A DNA stretch of 64,000 nucleotides. Origin: Planktothrix sp. GU0601_MAG3 (lineage in GTDB: Bacteria > Cyanobacteriota > Cyanobacteriia > Cyanobacteriales > Microcoleaceae). The position numbers were made by a program, and so were the translations under genes. Positions 1-12,438 of this stretch are shown here, in pieces. How positions within the stretch are numbered: position 1 is the first letter of the stretch; each line of letters opens with the position of its first letter. The stretch covers positions 1,152,001-1,216,000 of the forward strand of contig CP136572.1 in the NCBI GenBank assembly GCA_035193785.1, given 5' to 3'. The notes beneath the pieces were generated by a model that saw nothing but the letters and a program-made list of their open reading frames with translations, ran no database searches and was not told the DNA's origin.

Positions 1-2963
1 TAAAACCACCGCAATTCCCTGGGATTGTAACTGATTCGACATTTGGGTAAATCCGACAATATCACTAAATAAAATCGTGACTAACCGAGGTTCAGGACTC
101 AAATCCAAGGATAATTCCCCAGTGGCGGCTTTTTTAACCATGGTTTCGGGTAAAAATCGCTTCAATACTGACTCTGTTAAGTACCTATTTAATTCAAAAA
201 TGCGTCTCTCATTCTCTTTTAAAGATTGTAAATTTCTGACTTCTGCTAACAATTCTCGATCATTAAAGGGCTTCGATAAATAGGCATCAGCCCCCCGTTC
301 CACCCCTTCTAAACGGGTATCTTCATCAGCTTTAGCGGTTAATAAAATCGTCGGGGTTTCCCTTCAAATCGGGGTGATTCCGAATTAACCGAATTAAATC
401 TAACCCCGAAACTAAGGGCATCATTAAATCCGTAATAATCACTTCCGGGTGATATTTTAGGGCAGTTTCAAACCCTTCCACCCCGTTACAAGCGACAACA
501 ACATTATATCCAGACTGGCGCAGAATTTTGGAGACATAACGCCGTAAATCCGGGTTATCATCCACCACCAAAACTAAATTAGTAGAGGGAATATTCCCGT
601 TTAATATATCCTCTTGACCAGTTTCATCCCCATCAGAATCATTTCCCTCCGTCACATCCACATCAATATCGGCAAACTCCACTGAAGCCCGACTAGAATT
701 TAATTCCGCCTGAATTTCTAATATTTGTTCCCCGGGTAAATGGGAGGTGCCCTGCTGTAACCAAACCGTAAAAGTAGTGCCTCTCCCATACACGGATTCT
801 ACGGAAATTTGACCTTTGTGTAATTCGACTAATTCCTTAACTAAAGCTAATCCTAAACCCGATCCTTCATAGGAACGATTGGTTGATCCTTCCGCCTGCC
901 GAAACCGTTCAAATAAATAGGGAATTTGTTCCGGTTTAATCCCAATTCCGGTATCCGTAACTTGTAAACGACAATGATTTCCGATGGGTTCAACTCTCAG
1001 GGTAATAGTGCCCCCGGCGGGGGTAAACTTCATGGCATTAGATAATAAATTATAAAGAATTTTATCAAACCTTTCTAAATCCAAATACAACAACGGACAA
1101 TGGTTTAACTCCGTTTCTAAGTAAATTTCTTTCTTCTGACAATAGAGTTGAAAAGACTCAACGGTGCTATGACAAAAAGCAATCAAATCACAGGGACGAA
1201 AACTTGGCTGCATTCGTCCGGCATCAAATCGTTGTAAATCCAATAATTGATTAACTAACCGCAATAGTCGTCGGGAATTTCTTAAGGCGATTTTGGCTTG
1301 TTCCTGGGGTAAGTCCTGTTGTTGATTAACTGCCGATTCCAACGGCCCAATCATTAAGGTTAAAGGAGTGCGAAACTCATGGGAAATATTCTGGAAAAAT
1401 TCCGTTTTCACCCGATCCGCTTCTAACAATCTTTCCGCCTGTTGTCGAGTTTTTTGATATAAACGGGCCTGTTGTACCGCTAAAGCTGCTTGTATGGCCA
1501 CTACTTGCACTAAATTAATTTCCGACTCCTGCCATTTACGAGTTCGATTATTTTGTCGCAGGGAAATACTACCAATAATCTGACCTTCGGACTGCAAGGG
1601 AACCAACATTAGGGCCTTAGAGGCAGAGCGGAGGGGTAATTCAGCCATCTGGCATTCCGGTTGATGGTCTAGGTCATGGATAACCACGGGTTGGCGGGTG
1701 CGTAAAAGTTTCTGCAATACGGGATTTCCCCGAATGGGAACGGAGGACTGCGGTAGGGTTTCTAGGGACAGTTTCGGGGCGGGAGTCGTGGCTTCGGATG
1801 ACCATTCATCACTGACCATCGAAGCCTGACGAGTCGCATCATACAATCCCACACACTGGACATATTCATCGTCCCTTGTCCAGAGGGATAGGGCACAACC
1901 ATCGACTTGTAGGGCTTCTCCCAATTGTTGGGTAATGGCGGCGAAAATCGTGCGGGGATCGAGACTCGAACGAATGGCCGAGGTAATGGTATTAACTAGG
2001 GCCTCCCGTTTCGCCAGTTCCCGCACCTGTTCATAGGCCCGGGCTTGGGAGAGGGCGAGGGCTGCTTGGTCGGAAACCGTAATCACTAACTGTACTTCGT
2101 GGTCAAGCCAGATATGGGGTTTCTTGGCAGTGATGCAGGGCTAAAACCGCCATTAAGTCGAGTTTGTAGAATAGGGGAACCACTAAACTCGACCGAATTT
2201 GAGTTTGATCATAGGCCTGTTGACGTTCCGTGACCGATAAGACCCGTTCATCGGTAGCCGCATCCTGAATTACTTCGACGTCGGTGGTTTCCCAGACTAA
2301 TAGTTGCAGTAGTTCCTGGGAAGGCTTTTGACTCTCGGGGGTTCCCGCGACCTCTCCCCGTCCAGACTGATACATAAACCATTCATCCAGCATTTGCCGA
2401 TCTTGAAAGGGGCGGAGCAGGCAATAGCGGGCCTCAAACATTTGGCCAACGGTTTCTACAATCCGTTGCAGCATTTCCCGATAGTTGGGAGCGGAGCGAA
2501 TGGTATTGGTAACGGCGTAGAGGAGGGATTCTTGCTGGAGGGCGCGTCGTAATTCTTCGGTACGGGATTTGAGAACCCCATGGGTTTCTAAGGCCTGTTT
2601 AACGATGGCTTTGAGTTCGTCGGCGTCCCAAGGTTTGGTAACATATTTAAAAACTTTACCGGAGTTAATGGCTTCGACTAAATCCTCGACGTCGGTATAA
2701 CCGGTGAGGATGATTCTAATAATATCGGGATATTGGGCCGCGGTTAAACTCAAGAATTCCGTCCCGCTCATTTGCGGCATTCTTTGGTCAGAAATAATCA
2801 CCGCCACGTCAGTCTGGGACGCTAAAATCTCTAGCGCCTCTGGCCCGCCATCTGCTCGCAATACCCGGTATTCCCGATGAAAGGTGCGATACAGCAAATC
2901 TAGGTTATCGGGCTCGTCATCGACAACCAAGATCGTCGGCTTAGATTTTTTCTGGGAACTCAT
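1..2963 (-). CDS. cyaC: Adenylate cyclase CyaC (REC-GAF-GAF-HisKA-HATPase-REC-class III cyclase); runs off the window start; two apparent +1 frameshifts (2119-2123, 356-360)
   Basis: ORFs 2103..2963 (REC+GAF) and 332..2086 (GAF, H-box SHEFRTPL, HATPase, REC) join. Manual translation of 1..355 (-) gives ...GADAYLSKPF...RLVTILFSDIVGFTQMS, the class III cyclase metal-binding motif. Confidence 0.9.
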
Positions 2964-3203
2964 GCACCGGACTCCTGCTGCAAGGGATGTAGGGGGCGAT
3001 GATCGGTAGGATTTACTAATTGGATGTTAACTCGGGGCCCCTATCTAATACGGGTTAAACCACAATCAGGGTATTGATGCACAATATTTATTGTACCTTT
3101 ATACTTCTGAGCGCGGAATTCCCTTATTGTTTCAGAAAGTATATGACTGCTACGATCACCGGAAAAAGGCAGATCGGAATTAATATTGCACCATCGATAA
3201 ACT

Positions 3204-3875
3204 GTGAATCAATTGTTTTCCACTTCGATATCTAACACATTTTTCTTGGGTTACGGAAATGGCACGGGTTCAAAAGACCTGCCTGGACAGGAAAACCCCT
3301 TACCAATAGGAAGTTCTGTGGATTGTTCTAGTTTACAGATTCGGCCCGCAACTGCTGAGGACTTAACGGGATTAACGGATGTTTTGGCCGAGAGTTTTCA
3401 TTCCCGGGAGGGACTTTTGGGCTGGATTTATCCGATTTTACGGTTAGGAATTTATGAAGATTCACGCTATCGTTTATTGGCAAATACAGATCAATATTTG
3501 TGTTTAGTGGCAGTGGTTTCAGGGGTCAGGTCTGCTAAACCTTCGGTTTTAGGAACAATAGAAATCGGTTTGCGACCGCGTTATCCTTGGCAATTATCTT
3601 TAACCTCTCGCTATTTGTACATTTCTAATTTAGCAGTCCATCCCCAATATCGCAAGCTGGGAATTGCCCAAAAATTACTGGCAACTTGTGAACAAACAGC
3701 CCAACGTTGGGGATTTTCTAATATTTATCTTCATGTCTTAGAAAATAATCATCAAGCCCGAGGTCTATATTATAAAATGGGTTATCGATTAATCGAGATT
3801 GATTCGGGTTGGGATTTTGCATTATTCGGTCAGCCTCGACGTTTGTTTTTGCAAAAACCGATTGGGAATGGGTAA
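3204..3875 (+). CDS. GNAT family N-acetyltransferase
   Basis: YISNLAVHPQYRKLGIAQKLL acetyl-CoA motif A; N..A..LY.K.GY motif B; start uncertain. Confidence 0.85.
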   Translation: MNQLFSTSISNTFFLGYGNGTGSKDLPGQENPLPIGSSVDCSSLQIRPATAEDLTGLTDVLAESFHSREGLLGWIYPILRLGIYEDSRYRLLANTDQYLCLVAVVSGVRSAKPSVLGTIEIGLRPRYPWQLSLTSRYLYISNLAVHPQYRKLGIAQKLLATCEQTAQRWGFSNIYLHVLENNHQARGLYYKMGYRLIEIDSGWDFALFGQPRRLFLQKPIGNG

Positions 3876-3942
3876 TGGGTAATGGGTAATGGGTAATGGG
3901 TAATGGGTAATGGGTTTTGGGTTTTGGGTTTTGGGTTTTGGG
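3863..3942 (+). repeat. Short tandem heptamer repeats (STRR): about 6x GGGTAAT followed by about 4x GGGTTTT
   Basis: Read directly; lies between convergent stop codons and supplies the GNAT stop. Confidence 0.9.
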
Positions 3943-3953
3943 GAAACCCTTGC

Positions 3954-4739
3954 TTAAGGCTCAATTCTGCGTTTTAACCGTTCTCCTAATCTGAGAATTT
4001 GGCAGGCTAAAATTGCCGCCCCAAAACCATTATCAATATTCACTACCCCTACCCCAGTAGCGCAGGAATTCAGCATGGTTAATAGGGGGGCTAACCCGTT
4101 AAAACTGGCCCCATAACCGACGCTGGTGGGAACCGCAATTACTGGACAATCGGCTAATCCTCCGACTACAGTGGGTAGGGCTCCTTCCATTCCAGCGACG
4201 ACAATTAACACATCTGCATCGGCAATCATTGGCCAATTACTGAGTAACCGATGAATTCCAGCAACTCCCACATCCGATAACCGTTTAACGTTAAAACCCG
4301 ATAGGGTAGCGGTGACGGCGGCTTCTTCAGCAACTGGTAAATCGGCGGTTCCGGCGGTTAAAATTGTGATAATTCCTGTAGCATTAGCCGGGGGAATTTC
4401 ATCCGGGTGAAGGGCACAAATTTTAGCGGTTTCGTAATACTTTAAATCGGGGATTTGGGCTTGTAATTGTTGATAAACATGGGGTTCAATTCGAGTTGCC
4501 ATCACCACCGGATTTCGCTGACGCATCACCTCGATAATCTTAATCATTTGTTCCGGGGTTTTATTTAATCCCCAAATGACTTCGGGAAATCCGGTTCTTA
4601 ATTTTCGATGGTGGTCAATGCGGGCAAAATCTCCCACGGGTTCAAAATCAAAGTATTTGATTTTATCTAAGGCATCAGTCGGGGTAATTCGACCGGATGC
4701 CACTTGTTCTAGTAACTGTTGTAAGGCTTCAGGATTCAT
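3954..4739 (-). CDS. larB: Nickel pincer cofactor biosynthesis protein LarB / circadian phase modifier CpmA (AIR carboxylase-like)
   Basis: ARIDHHRKLRTGFPEVIWG, TAGTADLPVAEEA, VAGMEGALP, PTSVGYGA, VVNIDNGFGAA. Confidence 0.9.
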   Translation of the reverse strand: MNPEALQQLLEQVASGRITPTDALDKIKYFDFEPVGDFARIDHHRKLRTGFPEVIWGLNKTPEQMIKIIEVMRQRNPVVMATRIEPHVYQQLQAQIPDLKYYETAKICALHPDEIPPANATGIITILTAGTADLPVAEEAAVTATLSGFNVKRLSDVGVAGIHRLLSNWPMIADADVLIVVAGMEGALPTVVGGLADCPVIAVPTSVGYGASFNGLAPLLTMLNSCATGVGVVNIDNGFGAAILACQILRLGERLKRRIEP

Positions 4740-4754
4740 CAGGATTTAAACAAA

Positions 4755-6522
4755 TTATTCAGCAATTTTGAGTTCATACAAATTCCAAAATCCTCCCCCC
4801 AAGGGTGTGTATTTAACACCCTCAACCCGATCTCGGATGGCTTCAAAGCCAAGGGGATTAACCATATATAATAGGGGCAGTTCTTCGGCAATAATTTTTT
4901 GGGCTTTTCCATAAAGTTCTTTGCGTTTTTTGGGATCAAATTCCTGAGAAGCTTTCACAAATAAATCATCTACTTGTTTTTCCCAATCGGTAACTTGCCA
5001 ATCGGTAATCCCCGTTTCTCCCGGTTGCGGCCCTTGATTAAAGGTGTGTAACCGTCCATTCACTGACCAAATATTATAGCCCCCATGGGGTTCAATTCCT
5101 CCCCCAGTAAATCCGCCTAAATAAGCATCCCAATTCCGGGAACTGGAAAGACTTTCTACTAGGATATTAAAGTCGAGAAATAATAAATCAACTTGAATCC
5201 CAATTTTACCCAGATCTTGGTTGATTTGGGTTGCCATTTGTTCGCGAATTTTTCTCCCGGCACTGCTGGAGAGGATAAAGCGGACAATATTACCATCACT
5301 ATCTAGTAATTGTCCTTGATCATTATACTTAAATCCCGCATCAATTAGTATTTGTCTGGCTTTTTCGGGATTATGTGTGTAGGTTTTTAGTCCTTCTTCT
5401 GGGGATAAATAAAAGGGGCTTTGGACTGGAATGGGAGAGTGTTGCAGTTCTCCTAATCCTAAATATAGATTGTTTTTCATCACCTCCCGATCAATGGCAT
5501 AATAAATTGCCTGTCGGAAGGCTTTATTATTAAACCATTTAGATTTAATCGGATCAACAAAGGGTTTTCCTTGGGCATTTTTTCCCCGATTCATATTAAA
5601 TGACATAAACACGGTTCCCATATCCGGGCCAGAATTATAAATGGTATATTTTCCTCGTTTTTCTTCTGGCTTTAATAGGGGAAAGGTTTCCGTTTGCATC
5701 GTTAAAGCATCTAAGGAACCGGAACGAAAATCTAGTAATTGAGTATCGGTACTTGCAATAATTTGCCAGACAATTTCTTCAATATAGGGCTGGGGATTTC
5801 CCTGTTTGTCTTTGCGCCAATAATAGGGATTTCTTTCTAAAATTACCCGTTGATAAGGAGTATAACTTTTGATCCGATATTGACCATTTCCCACAATATT
5901 TTGGGGGTTGGTATCGGTTTCCCCAGGTGGTTAAAAATTTGGGGTTTCCTTCACTATCGGTTTCGGTAATTGAATCTTTTAAAATATGGGCGGGTAAAAT
6001 ACTTAATCCGGCTACATATTGCAAGAAGGGTGCAAAGGGTTCGGAAACGGCAAACTCCACCCGACGATTATCTAATTTTTTGACCGTGGGAAAACTGCGA
6101 CTCTTTCCCACTCTTAAAATATCTTTCAAACTGCTGGGAATTTTATCGTTTAAATAAATATCGTTATAGCTAAAAATAATATCATCAACGGTTAAGGGCT
6201 TGCCATCTGACCACTTCAACCCATCTTTTAAAGTAATAATAATTTTTTGTTTATCATCGGAAATTTCCCACCCTTCGGCTAACCCCGATTTCGGCATTAA
6301 TTCTCCGGTCACGGGGTCGTCCTGAATTAACGGGTCATACAAATAACCAAAGACGGTATAGGCTGATTGACTCAGGGGCGGATTAAAGGTGGCTGGGCCG
6401 CTGGGGGTGGCGACCACCAACCGAGACGGAACTTGGGATTGAGCCGTACTACAGGCACTCAGAACCAGGGCTAAGAGGATGAATAGGGTCTTTTGGAACC
6501 AATAAGAGGTGAATCCCATCAT
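4755..6522 (-). CDS. ABC transporter substrate-binding lipoprotein, family 5 (peptide/nickel); frameshift at 5917-5921
   Basis: Lipobox LSAC; LKWSDGKPLTVDD motif; ORFs 5779..6522 and 4755..5894 join as TTWGTDTNPQNIVGNGQY. Confidence 0.85.
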
Positions 6523-6608
6523 GTTGGATCAATTAATATATAGATATTTTTCATTATAAAACATCTTTTGTAACTGTAATTCCAACGGTATAACTATTCC
6601 CAGAAATT

Positions 6609-7091
6609 TTAATTGATTTTTTCTAATAAAGCCACTGCATAGGCGGCAATTCCTTCTTCTCGACCCACCGGGCCTAATTTTTCGTTGGTGGTGGCTTTGA
6701 CCCCAATTTGATCGGAATTGAGGTTTAAGCTGGTGGCAAGGCGATCGCACATTGCGCTAATATGGGGTTTTAATTTAGGACGTTCGGCGACAATCACAGA
6801 GTCAATATTTCCGATTTTCCAACCCCGATCTAAAATCAGTTGATTCACCTGTTTTAAGAGGACTAAACTATCCGCCCCCGCCCATTTTTCATCGGTTGGG
6901 GGGAAATAATGCCCAATATCTCCTAAACTTAACGCCCCTAACATAGCATCCATAATGGCATGGGTTAAAACATCGGCATCACTATGTCCTAATAATCCGA
7001 ATTCGTGGTCAATTTTAACCCCGCCTAAAATTAATGCCCGTCCGGGGACTAATTTATGAATATCATAGCCATTACCAATGCGAATATTCAT
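6609..7091 (-). CDS. ispF: 2-C-methyl-D-erythritol 2,4-cyclodiphosphate synthase
   Basis: [36 protein letters not shown]. Confidence 0.97.
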   Translation of the reverse strand: MNIRIGNGYDIHKLVPGRALILGGVKIDHEFGLLGHSDADVLTHAIMDAMLGALSLGDIGHYFPPTDEKWAGADSLVLLKQVNQLILDRGWKIGNIDSVIVAERPKLKPHISAMCDRLATSLNLNSDQIGVKATTNEKLGPVGREEGIAAYAVALLEKIN

Positions 7092-7298
7092 CGGATATTT
7101 TTTCCTATTAAAGTTAACATGGCTTTTGATTTTACCATCAATAGGTAATATCAAGTCCACCGTTGGGATTTAACCAAAACTTGAGAAGAAATTTAAGCAT
7201 AGTTTAAAAACAGGTTAAATTTCTTCCCCTTGATTCTAGTAATTACCTAAACAAAATTAATTACAAATCCCTTACCCAGATCCGGTGTTCTCTGTTCC

Positions 7299-7493
7299 CT
7301 AGCGCGTAGCACTATAGGACTGAACAGACTTAACAGAAACATTAGGAGATTGAGAAGCCGCGACACAAAAAAAAGTAAATAAAATTAAAAATATACTAAC
7401 TACATAACTCAAACCGATCATGGCATAGGAATTAGTCATAGTGTTACGGAAATATTTGAACACTAAGACATTAGGAAGCAAGGTTTTCATCAT
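7299..7493 (-). CDS. Small (64 aa) hypothetical protein with one hydrophobic segment
   Basis: GGAGG SD directly upstream of ATG at 7493; hydrophobic stretch IGLSYVVSIFLILFTFFCVAA. Confidence 0.45.
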   Translation of the reverse strand: MMKTLLPNVLVFKYFRNTMTNSYAMIGLSYVVSIFLILFTFFCVAASQSPNVSVKSVQSYSATR

Positions 7494-7716
7494 AGCAACC
7501 TCCAGGGTATTAACCTTAATAATAGTTGACACTTAAACCGTAACAGTCTCAGCAGTCTATCGACACCTTTGGGCGATTCTAGCGTTGTTTTAGTCGATGA
7601 CTCTCGGGACTGATTTTGATTTTGATAGGACTTCGTTTAATCAATTTAAACGAAATAGAACGGAAACAGTATTGACTACTAATGGCACTTTTTGACTGTT
7701 GTTTTGTAGCTATCGT

Positions 7717-7815
7717 AATCAGAAAAAGGCTGCAAGATTTTAGCATAAAGTTTTGGTGTTTAAAGCCTGCTCGCGCTGGGATTTAGACACCAAAACCCTG
7801 CACCTTTTTTGATTA
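7717..7815. repeat. Long imperfect inverted repeat (MITE-like hairpin)
   Basis: Outer arms TAATCAGAAAAAGGCTGCA / TGCACCTTTTTTGATTA; inner arms GTTTTGGTGTTTAAA / TTTAGACACCAAAAC (14/15). Confidence 0.6.
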
Positions 7816-7947
7816 ACTCTATATGGATTGCTAGATCGACTGTGAGTGAACTGGCATGATAGAACCTACGGAACCATCATACCACAATAATCGCCAACTC
7901 CGACGATCTAAATATGATCACCTCGGTTGGTGATAGCCGTATCTATT

Positions 7948-9066
7948 CTATTCATTCACCAAAAAGGAGGCAAAATCCGGTACATTCACCCAAGTTCCCG
8001 TTGCATTGGATTCATGGGTTAAATCCATTAATAGTTGAGAATAAACCCCTTCTTTCAGCGAAGGTGTTAAACTTATTCCCTGTTCAATTCCTGTTATCCA
8101 TTGGTCAATAACTCGCAACAAAGGAGCAATCCGACCATCGGGATAAATTTGGGGAAATTCTAAGGTTTTGGGGATAGAAATTTCACTTAAAGGTTGCCCC
8201 TTTTGACTCCCCCATAATCGAAATCCATGTACATAATCCTGTTGATTATCACTACCTAAAATTAATGTGCCTTCACTGCCATAAATTTCTAGCCAATGTC
8301 CCCGTCCTTGGTAGGTGACAGAACTTAAACAAACTTGACAGGGAGTGCCATCATTTAGTTCTAAAATTAGGGTGCAAATATCATCAGCATCAACGGGTTT
8401 TAGTTCTCCCCCAGCTTCGGGATCTGGACGTAAGAGAATCGAAGTATTTAGTTGTCCACAGAGGCGTTTAATTGAACCCAACAACCAATAAATATAATCA
8501 AAACTATGGGAGCCAATTGCCCCTAATACCCCGCCTCCTTTGTCTTTTTGAGCATACCAATTCCAGGGACGAGTCTGATCGGCGCGACTGGAAACTAACC
8601 AATCAATTTTGATTAATCTTTTTTCACCTACATAATTTTCGGCTAACAGTTGGGATAAATGTTGCCAAGCGGGAATAAAGCGAAATTCAAAATCTAGGCT
8701 GGTGATACAGCCCTTAGATTGGGCGAGGTGATAGAGATATTTTGCTTCTGCCGCCGTTAGGGTTGTGGGTTTTTCTAATAATAGATGTTTCCCGGCATTT
8801 AGGGCTATTTTAGCCATATCAAAATGCAAAAAAGGCGGGGTGGAAATGGCAACGCCCTGAACTTCTGGGATTGCACAAATCTCCTCAATACTATTACAAG
8901 CATGGGGAATATTCTGGCTAGAGGCGATCGCTTTGGCTTTGTCTAAATCTCGATGATAAACCGCAACTACTTCAGTTTTAGCATGGTCTTGAAAGGCAGG
9001 AATATGAACTTTTTTACCGAATCCTGTGCCAATCACAGCGATGCCAATTTTTTTGTCGGTTGTCAT
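7948..9066 (-). CDS. Gfo/Idh/MocA family oxidoreductase
   Basis: Rossmann GTGFG, LLEKP motif, GGGVLGAIGSH. Confidence 0.9.
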   Translation of the reverse strand: MTTDKKIGIAVIGTGFGKKVHIPAFQDHAKTEVVAVYHRDLDKAKAIASSQNIPHACNSIEEICAIPEVQGVAISTPPFLHFDMAKIALNAGKHLLLEKPTTLTAAEAKYLYHLAQSKGCITSLDFEFRFIPAWQHLSQLLAENYVGEKRLIKIDWLVSSRADQTRPWNWYAQKDKGGGVLGAIGSHSFDYIYWLLGSIKRLCGQLNTSILLRPDPEAGGELKPVDADDICTLILELNDGTPCQVCLSSVTYQGRGHWLEIYGSEGTLILGSDNQQDYVHGFRLWGSQKGQPLSEISIPKTLEFPQIYPDGRIAPLLRVIDQWITGIEQGISLTPSLKEGVYSQLLMDLTHESNATGTWVNVPDFASFLVNE

Positions 9067-9112
9067 GGTTTCTCCTGATGAAAATAATCATTGATTTTAG
9101 TTGAGATTCGGT

Positions 9113-9340
9113 GGGTTTTGGTAGGCTATTTGTGGATATCAAAGATTAAGTTGAGAGAGCGCGGGCGGGTTTTGGTAGGCTATTTGTGGATATCAAAGAT
9201 TAAGTTGAACCCGCCCCTACAGCAGCCAATTATCAATAGATTAAGACTAAACCGCCATTCCAACCTCTAATTATAGAACTCGTAGGGGCGGGTTATGTAA
9301 TAATATTTGTTACCCACAGATAAAATCTAAAAACCCGCCC
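9113..9340. repeat. REP-like cluster: 42-bp tandem duplication (9113-9154 = 9167-9208) plus an inverted pair of GTAGGGGCGGGTT...AAACCCGCCC elements
   Basis: GAACCCGCCCCTAC ends at 9220; GTAGGGGCGGGTT starts at 9282; related copies at 22674-22731 and 23676-23733. Confidence 0.8.
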
Positions 9341-9386
9341 ACCCCCAGTATTAACCTTTGATTAATCATAAATTTTGAGATTATAA

Positions 9387-10362
9387 TTAAAAAGGATTTT
9401 TGATTTTATTTCCCACCCATTCTATCACCTGTTTTCCTAAATAAACCCCATCCAATAAATCAATTTCTCGAATCCCCGTTGGACTGGTCACATTAACTTC
9501 CGTTAAATATCCTCCGATGACATCAATTCCCACAAAATATAAACCATCCGCAACTAATTGAGATGCTAATTTTTGACAAATTTCCCGTTCTCGATCTGTA
9601 ATTTCAGTTTTAGCAACCCGTCCGCCCACGGCCATATTTCCTCTAAATTCTTGACCCGTAGGAATCCGATTAACCGCTCCAATCGGTTCACCATTTAACA
9701 CGATAATCCGTTTGTCTCCCTCTTTTGCTTCGGGTAAAAATGTCTGAATCATCACCGGATATAAACCCTGTTGAGTGCTAATTTCAATTAATGAGTTGAG
9801 ATTGCGATCGCTCCCTTCTAAAAATAAAATTCCCTCTCCCGCTTTACCACCTAAAGGTTTTAAAACCGCCGCCCCTTGACGTTCAACAAACTCCCGAATT
9901 ACCTGTTTATCGCGGCTAACAATAGTTGTCGGAATGCAATCTTTGAATTGCAGTGCGTACATTTTTTCATTTGCTTTTCTTAACCCACTAGGAGAATTAA
10001 CCACCAAAGTTTTTTCGGGGTTAATATAGTCTAAAAGATAGGTAGCATACAGATAGGGAATCGTGACTGGGGGGTCGGTTCGCATAAACACCGCATCCAT
10101 ATTTTCCATGGGTTGGAGTATTGATTGACCCACCGCAAACCAGGGTTTCCTCAACTTTCCAATGATCCTGATCTCTAATAATAGGAATCAGATTAACCTG
10201 GGTTAAAAGTGCCCAGGTTCGACCCTCAATTACATTTAATTGGTGAGCTTCTGTGATCCAAACTTCATGTCCCAAAAGTTGCGTAGCTTCCATTAAAGCA
10301 ACGCTGCTATCATGACTTGGATTTAATTTCTCGATGGGGTCAATAATGAAAGCAAATTTCAT
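9387..10362 (-). CDS. gshB: Glutathione synthetase; frameshift at 10145-10149
   Basis: MKFAFIIDPIEKL..HDSSVALM, FMRTDPP, FRGNMAVGG, EVNVTSPTG. Confidence 0.95.
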
Positions 10363-10480
10363 CTTTATTTACAATTAACAGTTAACAAATTAAACAAAGT
10401 ATGGTACAATTATTCCCGGCATTTAAAACTAACTCAGAATAAATCAGGAGTGTTTTATTTTGCCAGGATTGAGAATATAA

Positions 10481-10738
10481 TTAACCCAGTAAAGGATTAA
10501 GTTTTCCCTGCCGCTCTAAGGCGTGAATATCATCACACCCCCCAATATATTGATCATTAATAAAAATTTGGGGAACTGAACGGCGACCATTAGCCCGTTG
10601 CGCCATTTTATCCCGTGCCACTTCATCCCCATCAATGCTATATTCGGTGAAGTCTACGCCTTTGCTTTTCAGCAATTCCTTAGCTCGAATACAGAAAGGA
10701 CAGGTTCTCCAAGTGTAAATTTCAACGTTTGCTGCCAT
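10481..10738 (-). CDS. grxC: Glutaredoxin 3
   Basis: CPFC active site, SVPQIFI, GGCDD; directly upstream of gshB. Confidence 0.95.
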   Translation of the reverse strand: MAANVEIYTWRTCPFCIRAKELLKSKGVDFTEYSIDGDEVARDKMAQRANGRRSVPQIFINDQYIGGCDDIHALERQGKLNPLLG

Positions 10739-10858
10739 AGGGGGTTCCAGAAATTGAATTTTCCTTCTTTATGTTAATATGAAATCAAAAATTGATCTAT
10801 TTTATTCTGAATACTCAGACTAAACCCACCCAGTCTATCCTGATTTAAGTCAAGCAAA

Positions 10859-12299
10859 ATGTCAAATTATTTTTCTGTAATTGCACCTCAACCTCGGATT
10901 TCCGTTCCCACTTCTGACCCCAATAATCCGGGTTATATTGTACAACCCGGGACAGGTTTAGATGGTGTGGTTACGATTCAAGACATTGATGGTGGAAGTT
11001 GCACAGGCTCATTATTAATTACGGGTAATCATATTTTAACCGCTGCCCATTGTGTCACCGATAAATTGGGGCAACCCGATTATTATTCCCCCTCAGAATA
11101 TACCGTTTCTTTTAACTTACCCTCGGGTCAAATATCAATTCCGGTTTCTCAAATTTATATTCATCCCGATTGGAGTCATGATTTTAATTTTAATAATGAT
11201 ATTGCTATTTTAGAACTAGCTGAACCCGCACCTCAAGAGGCAAATCGCTATGAGATTTATACCCGGTTTGATGAGGTGGGTCAAGTGATGCAAAAAGTTG
11301 GTTATGGTGTTTCGGCAACAGGTAATTCAGAACAAAGTGGCTATTCTGATCCGGTTCCAACTAAGCGTATAGGGAAAAATCGTTATGATGGTCTGGGGGA
11401 GTTATTTAATAGCAATCCCTATTATTATAATAATCAACCTGGCAAACAATTAGTTTATGATTTTGATAATGGTTCAGCCCAAAATGATGCCTTTGGACAA
11501 GAATTTGGGATTTATAATTTAGGATTGGGAGTAGAAGAAGTCAATATTAGTCCTGGAGATTCCGGGGGCCCAGGTTTTATTGATGGCAAAATTGCTGGTC
11601 TAACCTCCACTGGTTTTACTCCAGCAATGTCGGGTATTGATGTGACTAATAAATTAGATGAAAGCTTTGGGGAATATGCTTCTGATACCCGAGTTTCGGT
11701 CTATGCAGATTGGATTAATCAAATTATTAATACTTCTTCCTATGCCGGGAATGATGATATTTTAGGCACAAATAATAACGATTTTCTCTATGGATATCAA
11801 GGAGATGATACGATTAACGGTTTAGGGGGAGATGATAATATTTTTGGGGGAAAAGGTTCTGATGATCTCTATGGAAATGAAAGCAATGATACTCTCTATG
11901 GAAATTTAGGATTTGATCTTATTTCGGGTGGATTGGGGGATGATTTTTTAGCTGGGGGTCAGGATTATGATTATCTATATGGAGAAGCCGGAAATGATAC
12001 CTTAACGGGAGATTTAGGAAACTGATTATTTAACCGGAGGAACGGGATCGGATCTATTTATTCTTTCTTTAGCAGCCTCTAGTTCAGATGAAATTTTAGC
12101 AGATTCTATCACGGATTTTGAACCAGGTATTGATAAAATTGGTTTAACCGAAGGCTTGACCGAAGCAAATTTAATCTTAGAACTTTCAAGCGGTATCATT
12201 TTTGAAACAGTGATTCGCGTCGCCGGATCGGATCAAGTTATTGGGAAAGTTTATGATATGTCTCCCCAACAACTTCGAGGTAATTTTATTTCAATTTGA
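10859..12299 (+). CDS. Trypsin-like (S1) serine protease with C-terminal RTX Ca-binding repeats; frameshift at 12018-12022
   Basis: TAAHC, NDIAIL and GDSGGP catalytic triad motifs; GGxGxDxL nonapeptides; corrected frame continues DLGTDYLTGGTGSDLF...ITDFEPGIDKIGL to TGA 12297-12299. Confidence 0.85.
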
Positions 12300-12314
12300 C
12301 TTTACTAATTCAGC

Positions 12315-12377
12315 GATCGCTAGTTCAGTTTAACACCGGAGCAACAAGAAAGATTTGCCCCCTTGTATCCTAATTTT
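12315..12377 (+). pseudogene. Internal fragment of a Uma2-family endonuclease gene
   Basis: Translates DR*FSLTPEQQERFAPLYPNF, matching the cyanobacterial Uma2 segment 'RWxxLTPEQQExFAPxCPDF' (from recall). Confidence 0.6.
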
Positions 12378-12438
12378 TGAAATTTATTTAACAGTAATAT
12401 AGCGGAATTTATAGGATAAAATCAGATTTAGAGACAAA

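Noticed and set aside
3954..6522. larB plus family-5 binding protein as a nickel-uptake/pincer-cofactor operon
   Set aside because: Only adjacency; no larA/C/E or permease genes here, and ligand specificity cannot be read from the sequence.
9113..9208. 42-bp direct repeat as CRISPR or att sites
   Set aside because: Two copies 12 bp apart within a REP-like element; a local duplication.
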